A stretch of 64,000 bases of DNA from Marinicella sp. Lineage in GTDB: Bacteria > Pseudomonadota > Gammaproteobacteria > Xanthomonadales > Marinicellaceae. The stretch spans positions 1,344,001-1,408,000 of the forward strand of contig OZ246001.1 of NCBI GenBank assembly GCA_965230295.1, read 5' to 3'. How positions within the stretch are numbered: the first letter of the stretch is position 1; the number at the start of each line of letters is the position of its first letter. A program made the position numbers and the translations under genes. Shown in pieces: positions 10,011 to 19,539 of this stretch. The notes beneath the pieces are model-generated. The model was not told the DNA's origin and made no database searches. It saw only the letters and a list, made by a program, of their open reading frames with translations.

Positions 10011-11801
10011 TCAGCTTTCTGGTTCCTGTTGTTGGGCTTCCCACAGTTCAGCATAGGCGCCTTGGGCCGCCAGCAATTCTTCATGGGAGCCTTGTTCAAT
10101 GATTTGACCTTGATCCAGCACCATGATTTGATCGGCGTGTACCACAGTAGACAAGCGGTGGGCGATCACCAAATTGGTGGTGTTTTTGGCGATTTGTTGT
10201 AAAGCATTCAGTATCATTTGTTCCGACTTACTGTCCAACGATGAAGTGGCTTCATCAAACACCATGATGGGAGGCTTTTTCAAGATGGTTCTGGCAATGG
10301 CCACCCGTTGTTTCTCTCCGCCAGACAGCTTCAACCCACGTTCTCCCACCTGGGTTGTCGTTCCATCCGGTAGTTGGGCAATGAAATCATCCAAATAAGC
10401 CATGGTGATGGCTTGTTGGACTTCATCATCACTGGCGTCAGGACGACCATAACGGATGTTTTCCTGAATGGAGTCATTGAACAACACGGTATCCTGCGGC
10501 ACAATCCCAATCGTTTGACGTAAGGATTGTTGGGTCACCTCGCTGATGTTCTGTCCGTCGATTAAGATTTGTCCTTCAGTCGGGTCATAGAACCGAAATA
10601 ACAGTTTGACCAATGTTGATTTACCCGAACCACTGGCACCAACCACCGCCAGTGTCTCACCAGCAGGCACCTTAAAACTGATGCCCTTGATGATGCCTCT
10701 ATCAACCCGGTAGTGAAAGGCCACATCTTTAAACTCTATTTCACCCTGATTGATCTGCAGCAACTTGGCACCGGGCTGATCTTTGACCTCGGGGTCAATA
10801 TCAAGGATGTTGAACATATGTTCAATGTTGATCATGGATGTTTTGATTTCCCGGTAGACAAATCCCAAAGAACCCAAAGGAATGAACAGTTGCATCATGA
10901 AGGCATTGACCAAAACAAAGTCACCGACACTCATTTCACCATTTTGAACCCCCAAAACAGCCAGTAACATCATCGCTGTCATCGACAAACTGATGATCAA
11001 AGCTTGCCCGCCATTCAAAGCAAATAATGACAACCTGTTTTTTCTTTTTGCTTGTTCCAAACGCTTCAAGTTAACATCATATCGATCGGCTTCAAAAGCT
11101 TCATTGGTGTAATATTTGACCGTTTCATAGTTCAACAATGAATCGATGGCACGGCTGCTGCTGTCTGAATCAGCGGTGTTGGCGGCCCGCAAAAAGGCTT
11201 TGCGCCAATTGGTTATGCGCACCGAAAAAACGATGTATGTGATGATCGAAATCAATGTGGTCAAACCAAAAGCCCACCCATATTGGAACAGTAAAATTCC
11301 CACCACCAACAGGATTTCTATCAGTGCCGGTAAGATGCTGAACACCATGAAGCGCAACAAAAAACTGATGCCACCCACACCACGCTCTATGTCTCTGGCA
11401 ACCCCACCTGTTTTGCGGTTCAAATGGTAATCCAAATCCAAACGATGCAGGTGCACAAACACCTGGTGTGCTATGCGCCGCATGGCCCTTTCGGTGACTC
11501 GGCCAAACAAGGTGTCCCTGATCTCACCAAACAAAACATTGGCAAAACGCAAGCCTCCATAGACAAACACCAATGCCACCGGCGCCAGTAACCACTGGGA
11601 AGTATCTGTCGGCTCACCACCCAATTGATCAACCATACCCTTGATCATGAATGGCATACCCGTGGTAGCCAATTTGGCGCCCACTAAAAACATCAGTGCC
11701 AACAGCACCCTACCTTTGTACTCAGCCAGATAAGGCACCAACTTTTTCAGCACGCCCCAGTTTTCGGATTGGTTGGTATCAGGTGGTACTTGTCCGCGCA
11801 T
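10011..11801 (-). CDS. Atm1/ABCB7-like ABC exporter (fused permease-ATPase)
   Basis: Six-TM domain with DSLLNYETVKYY; Walker A GASGSGKST, LSGGEKQR, VFDEATSSLD, IAHRLST. Confidence 0.93.
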   Translation of the reverse strand: MRGQVPPDTNQSENWGVLKKLVPYLAEYKGRVLLALMFLVGAKLATTGMPFMIKGMVDQLGGEPTDTSQWLLAPVALVFVYGGLRFANVLFGEIRDTLFGRVTERAMRRIAHQVFVHLHRLDLDYHLNRKTGGVARDIERGVGGISFLLRFMVFSILPALIEILLVVGILLFQYGWAFGLTTLISIITYIVFSVRITNWRKAFLRAANTADSDSSSRAIDSLLNYETVKYYTNEAFEADRYDVNLKRLEQAKRKNRLSLFALNGGQALIISLSMTAMMLLAVLGVQNGEMSVGDFVLVNAFMMQLFIPLGSLGFVYREIKTSMINIEHMFNILDIDPEVKDQPGAKLLQINQGEIEFKDVAFHYRVDRGIIKGISFKVPAGETLAVVGASGSGKSTLVKLLFRFYDPTEGQILIDGQNISEVTQQSLRQTIGIVPQDTVLFNDSIQENIRYGRPDASDDEVQQAITMAYLDDFIAQLPDGTTTQVGERGLKLSGGEKQRVAIARTILKKPPIMVFDEATSSLDSKSEQMILNALQQIAKNTTNLVIAHRLSTVVHADQIMVLDQGQIIEQGSHEELLAAQGAYAELWEAQQQEPES

Positions 11802-11861
11802 ATTGGATCAAAATGGTCACTACAAATTGATTCATTGTAACAGCACCTGCTGATTAGGTGG

Positions 11862-12686
11862 TCACTGAGTTTTTCGTTTGATGTATGCCACTTTTTTAAT
11901 GATGAAGCTGCGCAAAGCTTCGGTGGTTTCAGCCACCAATAATTCACGATCTTTGGCTGCCACATCAATGTGTTCACGCCACACTGCAACACTGTTATGA
12001 GTCCAAACCATCCGCATGTTAACCTGATATCCTTCGTCCAACTCGCGGACAGAACCTTCAAACATGACGTCCACATTGAGGTGTTGCGCATACTCTTTGG
12101 GGCTGTATTTTTGCTCATCTGCATGCTCCAAAGCACTCACTGCAATGGCCCGTACATCGGCTTGTCGCGCCAGCATCTGGGTCAGCTCTTCTTGGAGCAT
12201 CACAACCAAATCCTGATCATTGGAGTCGATCAATTTGAAAGGCAATGTGGCCGTTTCCAATGGCAATGTCATGGTAGGTCGTGTCAAGTAATGATACAAA
12301 ACAGCAGCCATAATCACCAACACTGCCATGCCCACAAACCACCATTTTCTGTGCTGCCAAGTTTTGCCAGACACCGTATGTGTGGTTGTTTTGATTTGAT
12401 ACCCAAAGCCACGGACTGATTCAATCAAAGTCGCCGCCTCGCCCAACTGATCACGCAAAGACTTGACCTGCTGTTTAACCGTATCACGGCTGACCACTTT
12501 CTTTTGCCACACTTGTTCCAACAATTGATCCACAGAAACCACTGCCGGCGCCTTTAGCATTAAATGGGTCAACAATTCAAAAGAGGTAGGACTGAGGCTT
12601 AGCTTCTGGTCCTTGTAGGTCACTGTTTTTAGTGCTTGGTTCAATACCAAATGATCACATTGGATGACCTGATTTGCTGATGTCAT
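11862..12686 (-). CDS. ToxR/CadC-like membrane regulator: OmpR/PhoB winged helix, TM helix, periplasmic TolB-N/adenylate-cyclase-like domain
   Basis: LSPTSFELL...LLEQVW...IESVRGFGY wHTH; TM WWFVGMAVLVIMAAVLY; ATLPF...LNVDVMFEGSVR. Start moved to 12686. Confidence 0.82.
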   Translation of the reverse strand: MTSANQVIQCDHLVLNQALKTVTYKDQKLSLSPTSFELLTHLMLKAPAVVSVDQLLEQVWQKKVVSRDTVKQQVKSLRDQLGEAATLIESVRGFGYQIKTTTHTVSGKTWQHRKWWFVGMAVLVIMAAVLYHYLTRPTMTLPLETATLPFKLIDSNDQDLVVMLQEELTQMLARQADVRAIAVSALEHADEQKYSPKEYAQHLNVDVMFEGSVRELDEGYQVNMRMVWTHNSVAVWREHIDVAAKDRELLVAETTEALRSFIIKKVAYIKRKTQ

Positions 12687-12726
12687 TGTGCTGTTATGAG
12701 GCGAGGTAGGTACATGATCAACCATT

Positions 12727-12781
12727 CTAACCGAATCATCACCAAAACATAACGGCTTTCCCACCCAAATCTGACAGTAAA
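12727..12781. promoter_or_regulatory. Five degenerate 11-bp tandem units, a candidate winged-helix operator
   Basis: CTAACCGAATC/ATCACCAAAAC/ATAACGGCTTT/CCCACCCAAAT/CTGACAGTAAA with AC at 12730, 12741, 12752, 12763 and 12774. Confidence 0.4.
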
Positions 12782-12831
12782 AATTGACCCATTCGATAAT
12801 ATGGTTGGTATTCAACATTGAGCATATAAAC

Positions 12832-13302
12832 ATGAAAATTGTTATACCCATCGCCATCATCTTGCTGGGCGTATTGACCCTCAACAGGGCCAATGCCGAA
12901 TGGCAATTGTTGTATCAAAATGACCGCAATGGTCAACCATTGGATGGTACCAAGACTGCCTTGTTTCAAGCGATAAGAGATGGCCATAAACTCCGGGTGG
13001 TGTGGCGCACCAGTCGCAAAAATGATCCCAAAAGCTTTGTTGAGCATGTGATTGAACCGGTGTTCGTCACCAATGCCAGTGACCTAGAGGTGTTTATACA
13101 AACACCTGAGCACATCGCACAAACCAGTTATTGGGACACTGAGCTACAAGATTTCAATGTTCCGGCAGTGGTTTGGCGAGGGTTGTTATCAACCACGGGG
13201 CGCTTCATGGCCGTGTGGTATGACCGGGGTTCAGGACAAGTGATACGCCGTTATCCTCAACGGGTCCAAATCAGCTGGTTTGCTCAAATTGAAAAAAATT
13301 AA
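12832..13302 (+). CDS. Secreted hypothetical protein, paralog of the next gene
   Basis: Signal peptide ending ANA-E; WQLLY..N..G....G.K..L...I.DG...RVVW motif. Confidence 0.75.
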   Translation: MKIVIPIAIILLGVLTLNRANAEWQLLYQNDRNGQPLDGTKTALFQAIRDGHKLRVVWRTSRKNDPKSFVEHVIEPVFVTNASDLEVFIQTPEHIAQTSYWDTELQDFNVPAVVWRGLLSTTGRFMAVWYDRGSGQVIRRYPQRVQISWFAQIEKN

Positions 13303-13320
13303 TTCTTAAGGAGACACGTT

Positions 13321-13773
13321 ATGAAAACATCCTGGTTATTTTTGATCCTCTCAGCCACTTTGCTTACAAGCTGTACCACTTTGCCCAGCAAATCTGCTGC
13401 TGATTGGCAGCTGTTGTATCACCACAATGCCGAAGGCAAAGCCATCGCTGGTGACAAACAACGATTGATCCAAACCATATTAGACGGCAGACCAATCCGT
13501 GTGGTTTGGCCAATCAGGGATGATTTCATTCATGTGGCTGATGCTGGATTTTTGACCGTTATGAACGGTGAAGTTTTTGCCCAATTGGATGGCATTATCA
13601 GACAAATACCTGATCGAGAAACCCGCCGGAGTATCGCTTTGGATGCCAAGGAACAAAGCCAATGGCATGCGATCGTTGCCACCACAGGCCAAATACAGAG
13701 TTTTCAAAGTATCAAGTCAACTTTAGGAAGCAATCAATTCACTTATCGATGGTATGGGTTAGTTACTGAATAA
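13321..13773 (+). CDS. Lipoprotein, paralog of the upstream secreted protein
   Basis: AAGGAG RBS; lipobox LTSC; same WQLLY...RVVW and EVFxQ motifs. Confidence 0.78.
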   Translation: MKTSWLFLILSATLLTSCTTLPSKSAADWQLLYHHNAEGKAIAGDKQRLIQTILDGRPIRVVWPIRDDFIHVADAGFLTVMNGEVFAQLDGIIRQIPDRETRRSIALDAKEQSQWHAIVATTGQIQSFQSIKSTLGSNQFTYRWYGLVTE

Positions 13774-13849
13774 AATGTCAATTGTCTGTGGCCAACCCCT
13801 CGAGAAAATTTAACGTCATTGCCTCAGGTATCAATTAAAGCAATCAACT

Positions 13850-14557
13850 TCAATCATCCAACTCACAGTGGTTGGCATCACATTTCAGTTGAGTCTTTTT
13901 TTCGACTTTTTTTCTTTGTTTGCCCAAGCTGCGGCATTTTCTTTTCAAGAATTCATCGTTGCCGTTTTCCCAATCTTGGTCACAGCCGGTGGCCATTTTA
14001 AAAGGCATGGTAAATTCTTGTTTGAAGACCACTTTGGGTGAACGCCAAGGCTCGGCTATCAGCACCACCCATTGATCGTGATTGGTCGGATCATCATCTT
14101 GATAAAAGCCCACACCTATTTGGTTTTGTAAGGCAAAAAACTCACCCTTGCCCAACACATGATCGTTGTGTTTACCGCTTTCTCGTAAGAATTCCATTGC
14201 CAATGTGGCGTTTTTCAAGTCACGGACGACAGCTTCCACCTGGTTGCCTGATACAGGATAATAATCAGCTGCCCTGAAACCACCTTTTATCAAAACCTGA
14301 TTGGGGGTGATTTCTGGATCAGCGGAGTTGTTTGCTAGCTGTTCAGCCCTTTGTTGGGCTATTTCTGCCAATAATTGGTTACATTGTAAAACCGGTCTTT
14401 GTTGGTCAGCATGATCAATGATCAACAATGCCAAATCGGCTGCTTGCTGATTCATGCCACATAGATCGACCGGATCCAGATCCTCGCTGTGAACGGGTGC
14501 GATTGATAACAGATTTAATAACAATATAAAGTAGGCAAATGTTCTGAAGGCTGTCAT
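13850..14557 (-). CDS. Secreted CAP/SCP-like domain protein
   Basis: Signal peptide; LAEIAQQRAE, ESGKHNDHVLG, QIGVGF, WVVL resemble the CAP fold. Start moved to 14557. Confidence 0.65.
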   Translation of the reverse strand: MTAFRTFAYFILLLNLLSIAPVHSEDLDPVDLCGMNQQAADLALLIIDHADQQRPVLQCNQLLAEIAQQRAEQLANNSADPEITPNQVLIKGGFRAADYYPVSGNQVEAVVRDLKNATLAMEFLRESGKHNDHVLGKGEFFALQNQIGVGFYQDDDPTNHDQWVVLIAEPWRSPKVVFKQEFTMPFKMATGCDQDWENGNDEFLKRKCRSLGKQRKKVEKKTQLKCDANHCELDD

Positions 14558-14605
14558 GCATGGATTATAGTTGACTGACTTCGTTGATGCCACAATCAGC
14601 ATTGG

Positions 14606-15784
14606 TTATTCTGTGTCGTTTTCAATCACACTGATGGCTTGGTTATTGGGCACCACCGATTCGCGGAAATGATTCAGGGCTTTGTCAGATTCTCCCTGTT
14701 CTTGGTAAATCAAACCCAACAGCTGATTCACTTCTTGACTGGGGTCTATAGCCAACACTTGCAACAGTAAACTTTCTGCCTGATCCCACTGTTTTTTGGC
14801 CACGTGCAGCTTGGCATTACACAACAGTACAGCCGCATTTTTCGGGTGTTGTACCAGCCACTTTTCTGCCACTTTCAACCGGTGATTGAGGTTGTGCGGC
14901 AAAGCTGACCAATAAACCACCAGCTGGTCATCGAACTTGGACTTTTGTGTTTTTTCAATGTAACTGGTGAGGTCTTGATAGGCACCCAGTCGCAAGCCGT
15001 TCTCACAATAGGTATGGCTGTAGTTGGCTTGTTGTTTCTTGTTCAGATCCTGCCAGATTTGTTGTAACTCCTCTTGGGATTCTGCTTCAGCAAAACGCTC
15101 CAAAGTCACTTGCTGTTTGAGTTGGTTGCTTTGTTGGTGGCTGATCAATGCCAACTTTTCAGCTTTTGGAATGGTGCTTTGTAAGCGTTTCCAATCCTTG
15201 GTTAACTGGGTGGCTTCAGTCAATAAATGCACAGCTCTGGGGTTATTCGGATAGGTTTTTAAAATCAGCTCAAGCAACGGCATGGCGCGTTCGGCTTGTC
15301 CTGATTTAATCCAGATTTCACAACGGGTCAAATCCACAGTCAAGGGGTTATCAATCACCGCTTCGGCCTGGTCCAAATGGGCTTCTGCACGGGTTAATTC
15401 TTGTTGTGCCACCGCAGCCCTGGCCGCAGCCATATAACTGAGCTCTGGGGTGGGGCTTTTTTGTACCGAAGCCAGCAACAGTTTTTCAGCTTGAGGCCAT
15501 TTACCCTCACTGAGGGCTAATAAGCCACGAGCAAACTTTTTGCGACTTTGGTTGGCTGACAAATGGTTGACTGCTTTTTTCGGTGCTTTGAGTAAACTGT
15601 AAACCAACCAAATGGCTAAAAAAACCAATGCCAACAATATACCGGCAGCAATGGCCGTCATCTGGATTTGGTATCCCAGTAATTCGACCTGAATCAAACC
15701 CGGGTTTTTCAACAATTGGGGTGTGAGCCAAGCCGCCGCCAGCAACAGCGTGACCAACAAAAATATTTTGATGATTTTGATCAT
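14606..15784 (-). CDS. hemY: HemY-family membrane TPR protein
   Basis: Two N-terminal TMs, GLLALSEGKWPQAEKLL, YMAAARAA, AEKWL...PKNAAVLL; overlaps the hemX stop. Confidence 0.85.
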   Translation of the reverse strand: MIKIIKIFLLVTLLLAAAWLTPQLLKNPGLIQVELLGYQIQMTAIAAGILLALVFLAIWLVYSLLKAPKKAVNHLSANQSRKKFARGLLALSEGKWPQAEKLLLASVQKSPTPELSYMAAARAAVAQQELTRAEAHLDQAEAVIDNPLTVDLTRCEIWIKSGQAERAMPLLELILKTYPNNPRAVHLLTEATQLTKDWKRLQSTIPKAEKLALISHQQSNQLKQQVTLERFAEAESQEELQQIWQDLNKKQQANYSHTYCENGLRLGAYQDLTSYIEKTQKSKFDDQLVVYWSALPHNLNHRLKVAEKWLVQHPKNAAVLLCNAKLHVAKKQWDQAESLLLQVLAIDPSQEVNQLLGLIYQEQGESDKALNHFRESVVPNNQAISVIENDTE

Positions 15785-16911
15785 AGGTCCAAACCTTTCA
15801 GTTCTTTGATCAAAACATCAATGTTTAAATCAGCTGGCACATCTGCCACCACCTTTTGGGCTGCCAAGGATTTAATCTGTTCCACCAAAGCCTGTTCTGT
15901 TGACAGCTGTTGTGCCAACAAATTGGCTGATTGGTTTAAAGTGTCTTGCCAGCCTGTTTGCTGTTGCATGGTTAAATTCAAACCGGCTTGATACAACTGC
16001 CTATCCAATTGCATTTTTAATTCCATCAATTGCACCGACGATGTCAATTCACTGTCATCAGAGATTTTTTTGACACTGATAAACCGGTCGTACCAGTGAC
16101 CCTCATCAGCCGCCTCAACGGTGGGCAATTCCAATGACTTAACTTTTTCCACCAGATTCTGTAATGACTGTTTCAAACTGGCAGTATCTGGTGTCTCAAT
16201 TTGCCTGATGCGATTGGCCAATTGTTGTAACTGCCTGTTCATTGCGGCACTGACATGGGCAGATGACAAATAACGATCCAGGCCTGAAGCCGCTGCACCA
16301 ATTTGTCCAGTGTCCAACAATGTTTGGGTGGTTAAGAGGGTTTGTACCGTTGCTGTGCTTTGAATTTGATTCAGTAATTCCGGAGACATTTCCCGAACCC
16401 CTGAATCCAGAGACAGGCTGGTGAATTGTTGCTGTAATGCTCGAATGGTTTCAACCTGATCTTCCAGTTGTTGTTCAAGTTGTTGTAATGAGCGCTCATT
16501 GGCTGAGTTATCAAAAGGATCTGCTGCACCAGGCTGTTGATTGGCCAGATTTTTCACTTCTGCGAGACCCTGTTGAACCGCGCTCAATTGGGTTTTCAGC
16601 TGTTGAATTTCTGCTTTGGCTTCTGACAGCTGCACACCTAGCGATTGATTGGCTTGTTGCAGTTGCTCAATTTCGGCTTGTGACGAAACAGCCTGGATGG
16701 GTGAATCGTCTTGCTGCCAATTCTGATAAAACAAATAACCCGCAATCCCTAAGGCAACAACTGACAGCAATAAACTGAAGCCACTACCAGACTTTTTAAT
16801 CACCACGGCAGGCTCTGCCTGATCTTGTTCGTTTGGCTCAGTGACTGTGGTTTCAACAGCATCATCCTCTTGTTCATTGACTTCTGAGTCTTCTATTTGG
16901 TCTTTATCCAT
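15781..16911 (-). CDS. hemX: HemX-like membrane-anchored coiled-coil protein
   Basis: Acidic N-terminus, single TM, long coiled coil, WYDRFISVKKI; upstream of and coupled to hemY. Confidence 0.7.
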   Translation of the reverse strand: MDKDQIEDSEVNEQEDDAVETTVTEPNEQDQAEPAVVIKKSGSGFSLLLSVVALGIAGYLFYQNWQQDDSPIQAVSSQAEIEQLQQANQSLGVQLSEAKAEIQQLKTQLSAVQQGLAEVKNLANQQPGAADPFDNSANERSLQQLEQQLEDQVETIRALQQQFTSLSLDSGVREMSPELLNQIQSTATVQTLLTTQTLLDTGQIGAAASGLDRYLSSAHVSAAMNRQLQQLANRIRQIETPDTASLKQSLQNLVEKVKSLELPTVEAADEGHWYDRFISVKKISDDSELTSSVQLMELKMQLDRQLYQAGLNLTMQQQTGWQDTLNQSANLLAQQLSTEQALVEQIKSLAAQKVVADVPADLNIDVLIKELKGLDL

Positions 16912-17062
16912 AACAAAATAATGTTTCTAATCTTTCAATTTTAACTCAGCGACTTAAACAGATCACTGATAGAGTTGTCAGTTTGACATTAAATGTGTAT
17001 TTTTTTGCCGACTGGTTTAAACTTGGGTTTGTTAACATTTTAAATTATTTGACTGTAAACAT

Positions 17063-17389
17063 ATGAAAACAACTGTGATTTTTTGCCTATTTTTATCATT
17101 GGTCGCTTGTTCTGAAAGCAACACCACAGAAACCAACCCATCGGTTGAATCGCCCAATGGCTCAGTAGAAAAACCCAATAAGTTCAAAGTGGCCGCGATC
17201 AAAAAAGTCAAGCTGGCCAATGCTGGCTTCGATGATACACAAGCCACTTGCGTGGTCGAACAAATGACTGCTGGTGGAAAGATTGGCTTGGGCGAGATCA
17301 ATCAAATGCGCCTCGATGAGGCCAATATGTCTGACAACGCCAGTAACTTGATCGAAGCTTACCAGACAGCAATCAATCATTGTGAGTGA
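17063..17389 (+). CDS. Small hypothetical lipoprotein
   Basis: Lipobox LVAC; two further Cys. Confidence 0.7.
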   Translation: MKTTVIFCLFLSLVACSESNTTETNPSVESPNGSVEKPNKFKVAAIKKVKLANAGFDDTQATCVVEQMTAGGKIGLGEINQMRLDEANMSDNASNLIEAYQTAINHCE

Positions 17390-17784
17390 TGGTACCAGCT
17401 GAACAAAAAGTCCTCGGAGGCTGCTTTTGTGGCCAAATTAATTTTGAATTCACCGCCGGCGATTATCTGGTGGCCAACTGTCACTGCCACATGTGCCGAC
17501 AGACCAGTGGTGCGCCCTTCGTTACCTGGGTTGTCGTGCCAAAACCGGCATTTAAATACACCCGAGGCCAACCCAAAACATTGGTTTCATCAACCAAAGG
17601 GCGGCGTGAATTTTGTGCCGACTGTGGCACACCCATGGTGTTTTACACCACCGATCGACCTGATGATCTGGACATCACCACCGGCAGTTTGAAAACCCCT
17701 GAAGATTTCAAACCGACCCGAGCTGTTCATGAAGCATCAAAACTGAAGTGGCTACAACATACCGAAAGTCAGCAAAACAGTTAA
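17389..17784 (+). CDS. GFA/CENP-V family Zn-binding protein
   Basis: GGCFCG, CHCHMCR and FCADCGT motifs. Confidence 0.92.
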   Translation: MVPAEQKVLGGCFCGQINFEFTAGDYLVANCHCHMCRQTSGAPFVTWVVVPKPAFKYTRGQPKTLVSSTKGRREFCADCGTPMVFYTTDRPDDLDITTGSLKTPEDFKPTRAVHEASKLKWLQHTESQQNS

Positions 17785-19460
17785 TTTTTTCGTTTAACTA
17801 CCGTCAGCCAAGGCCTGACTTCAGCAGGCGGTTGCTGGCAGAGTAGCTCAATGGTTTCATTGTTCTTGGTTTTGACTGCAACGGTTTGACCTTGTTGACA
17901 ACGCATGCTCACTTGATCAAAGAGCACATGACCCTCCGAACCAATCGCCAAATCCATAATGTGGGTCACTTCCATACCGCTTTTTAAATGCTGACAAGAC
18001 AGGTTGGCTCCGACTGTAAATGAGTGCTTACTTTTGTGATAACTGTAACCGCCACAGTCGATCATCATTAAATGCTTGAAGGCCAATTCAGCTGCTTTTT
18101 TCGCCTGCATGGGGTGCTTTTTCTGCCCTTTGACCGTCAGACCCACCGCGGAAAATGCTTGCTGCATGAAGGCGTTTGGTCGTTCTTGTGGTTCACTCAA
18201 TAAGGTGATCAAATTAGCCACATTGCTTTGATTATCTGTTAACAGTAACAGGCTCTTAATATACTGAGATGGTGTTAAAACCAAATCAGATTGTTTGACC
18301 CTGCTCATTAAATCACGCCAAAAATCAAACAAATCTAACTGGTCATTTTTCTGTTGCACTGCCAATTCAGTAAGCCAAGCAATGGTGGCACCACATTGGT
18401 AATACACTGAAAAATTATGGTGCCCTGCAAAATGGGTAACCTGGTGTCCATTTAACAAATCCAGACAGCCATTTAAATATTGTTCATGGGCCTTCGCAGC
18501 ATCCTCTTCATCCCAAACACCTAAATAAACCAATGACCGGACTGCAAAGGCATCTGCCCCACCTTCATGAATCCAACTGGATTCTCGCTCTTCATCACTT
18601 TTTATCAATTGAGAATTCCACAAATGCGCCGCTTCATGGGCCAAAAAATGCAACAAACCTTGTAAATTTTCTGGGGATTCTTGATTCCAATCATCTCCGG
18701 TTAAATTCAACTGGATCAATCCGGGTAAAGTCCCTCCAGAATACTGAGTACCAGGGCTTTCACTGCTGGAGAAACTGAAATAAATCACAGGGGTAAAGTC
18801 CAGAGCCAAACCTGTCTTTTGTGTATAGAATTCAAACAACTTAGGTAAGCTTGAAGTCAGTTTTTGTTTCACCCAATCAGGCAACCCTCCATCGATCACA
18901 CCCATCATCCCGTCACTTTGAATGGGTTTCAATGCACCGAAATAGACATAGGTTCCTTGCCAGTTTTTATCATTCCATCGATATTCATGCTGACTCATCT
19001 GACCGTCAATAATGATGTGTGAATTCTTTTGAGGCATGAAGGTGAATTCATGAGCCATCTTTTTATCTGCTTCAGTGGCCAATAACAAATGTCCGGTATA
19101 CAACAACAATCCGCCGTCACTGAAAGCAAAGTTCAACTCGTAGTCTTTTGGCGTTGTGCGAAAATCAGAATCAAAACCAACCGACAATTGATCAAACAAT
19201 GTGCCATCAACAGATTCAATGATGTCTTGGTTGTCTTTGCCTTTTGACCATTTTAAATGGCTGCCTTTCAAACGCCATTTATCTCGAGGTAAGGACCCCA
19301 ACCGATAGAAATAAACTTGATGAACCGCATAGGGCAATTGATAATTTATTTGCCAGGCCCCTGATTCATTTTTTTGGACCTTTACTTTGATGACTGAATC
19401 ACCCTGCGCAGCACTAACAACAGATACAAAGAAAAGCAAAATAAGCCACAAAACTTTCAT
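17781..19460 (-). CDS. Secreted gluzincin-type (M61/M1-like) metallopeptidase
   Basis: Signal peptide; AHEAAHLWN (HExxH) plus WIHEGGA; YYQCG. Start moved to 19460. Confidence 0.75.
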   Translation of the reverse strand: MKVLWLILLFFVSVVSAAQGDSVIKVKVQKNESGAWQINYQLPYAVHQVYFYRLGSLPRDKWRLKGSHLKWSKGKDNQDIIESVDGTLFDQLSVGFDSDFRTTPKDYELNFAFSDGGLLLYTGHLLLATEADKKMAHEFTFMPQKNSHIIIDGQMSQHEYRWNDKNWQGTYVYFGALKPIQSDGMMGVIDGGLPDWVKQKLTSSLPKLFEFYTQKTGLALDFTPVIYFSFSSSESPGTQYSGGTLPGLIQLNLTGDDWNQESPENLQGLLHFLAHEAAHLWNSQLIKSDEERESSWIHEGGADAFAVRSLVYLGVWDEEDAAKAHEQYLNGCLDLLNGHQVTHFAGHHNFSVYYQCGATIAWLTELAVQQKNDQLDLFDFWRDLMSRVKQSDLVLTPSQYIKSLLLLTDNQSNVANLITLLSEPQERPNAFMQQAFSAVGLTVKGQKKHPMQAKKAAELAFKHLMMIDCGGYSYHKSKHSFTVGANLSCQHLKSGMEVTHIMDLAIGSEGHVLFDQVSMRCQQGQTVAVKTKNNETIELLCQQPPAEVRPWLTVVKRKN

Positions 19461-19539
19461 CACAGTCCCACCAAAATCTAAATCATACAAGTTATTTAGA
19501 CGCTGAGCACAGCATTTTGGTTACATTTAATTCCTTTGG

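Noticed and set aside
12687-12893. Apparent head-to-head overlap of ORFs 11862-12893 and 12784-13302; likewise the shared starts at 20991 and 46920
   Set aside because: These are artefacts of longest-ORF calling. Downstream ATGs give normal divergent spacers.
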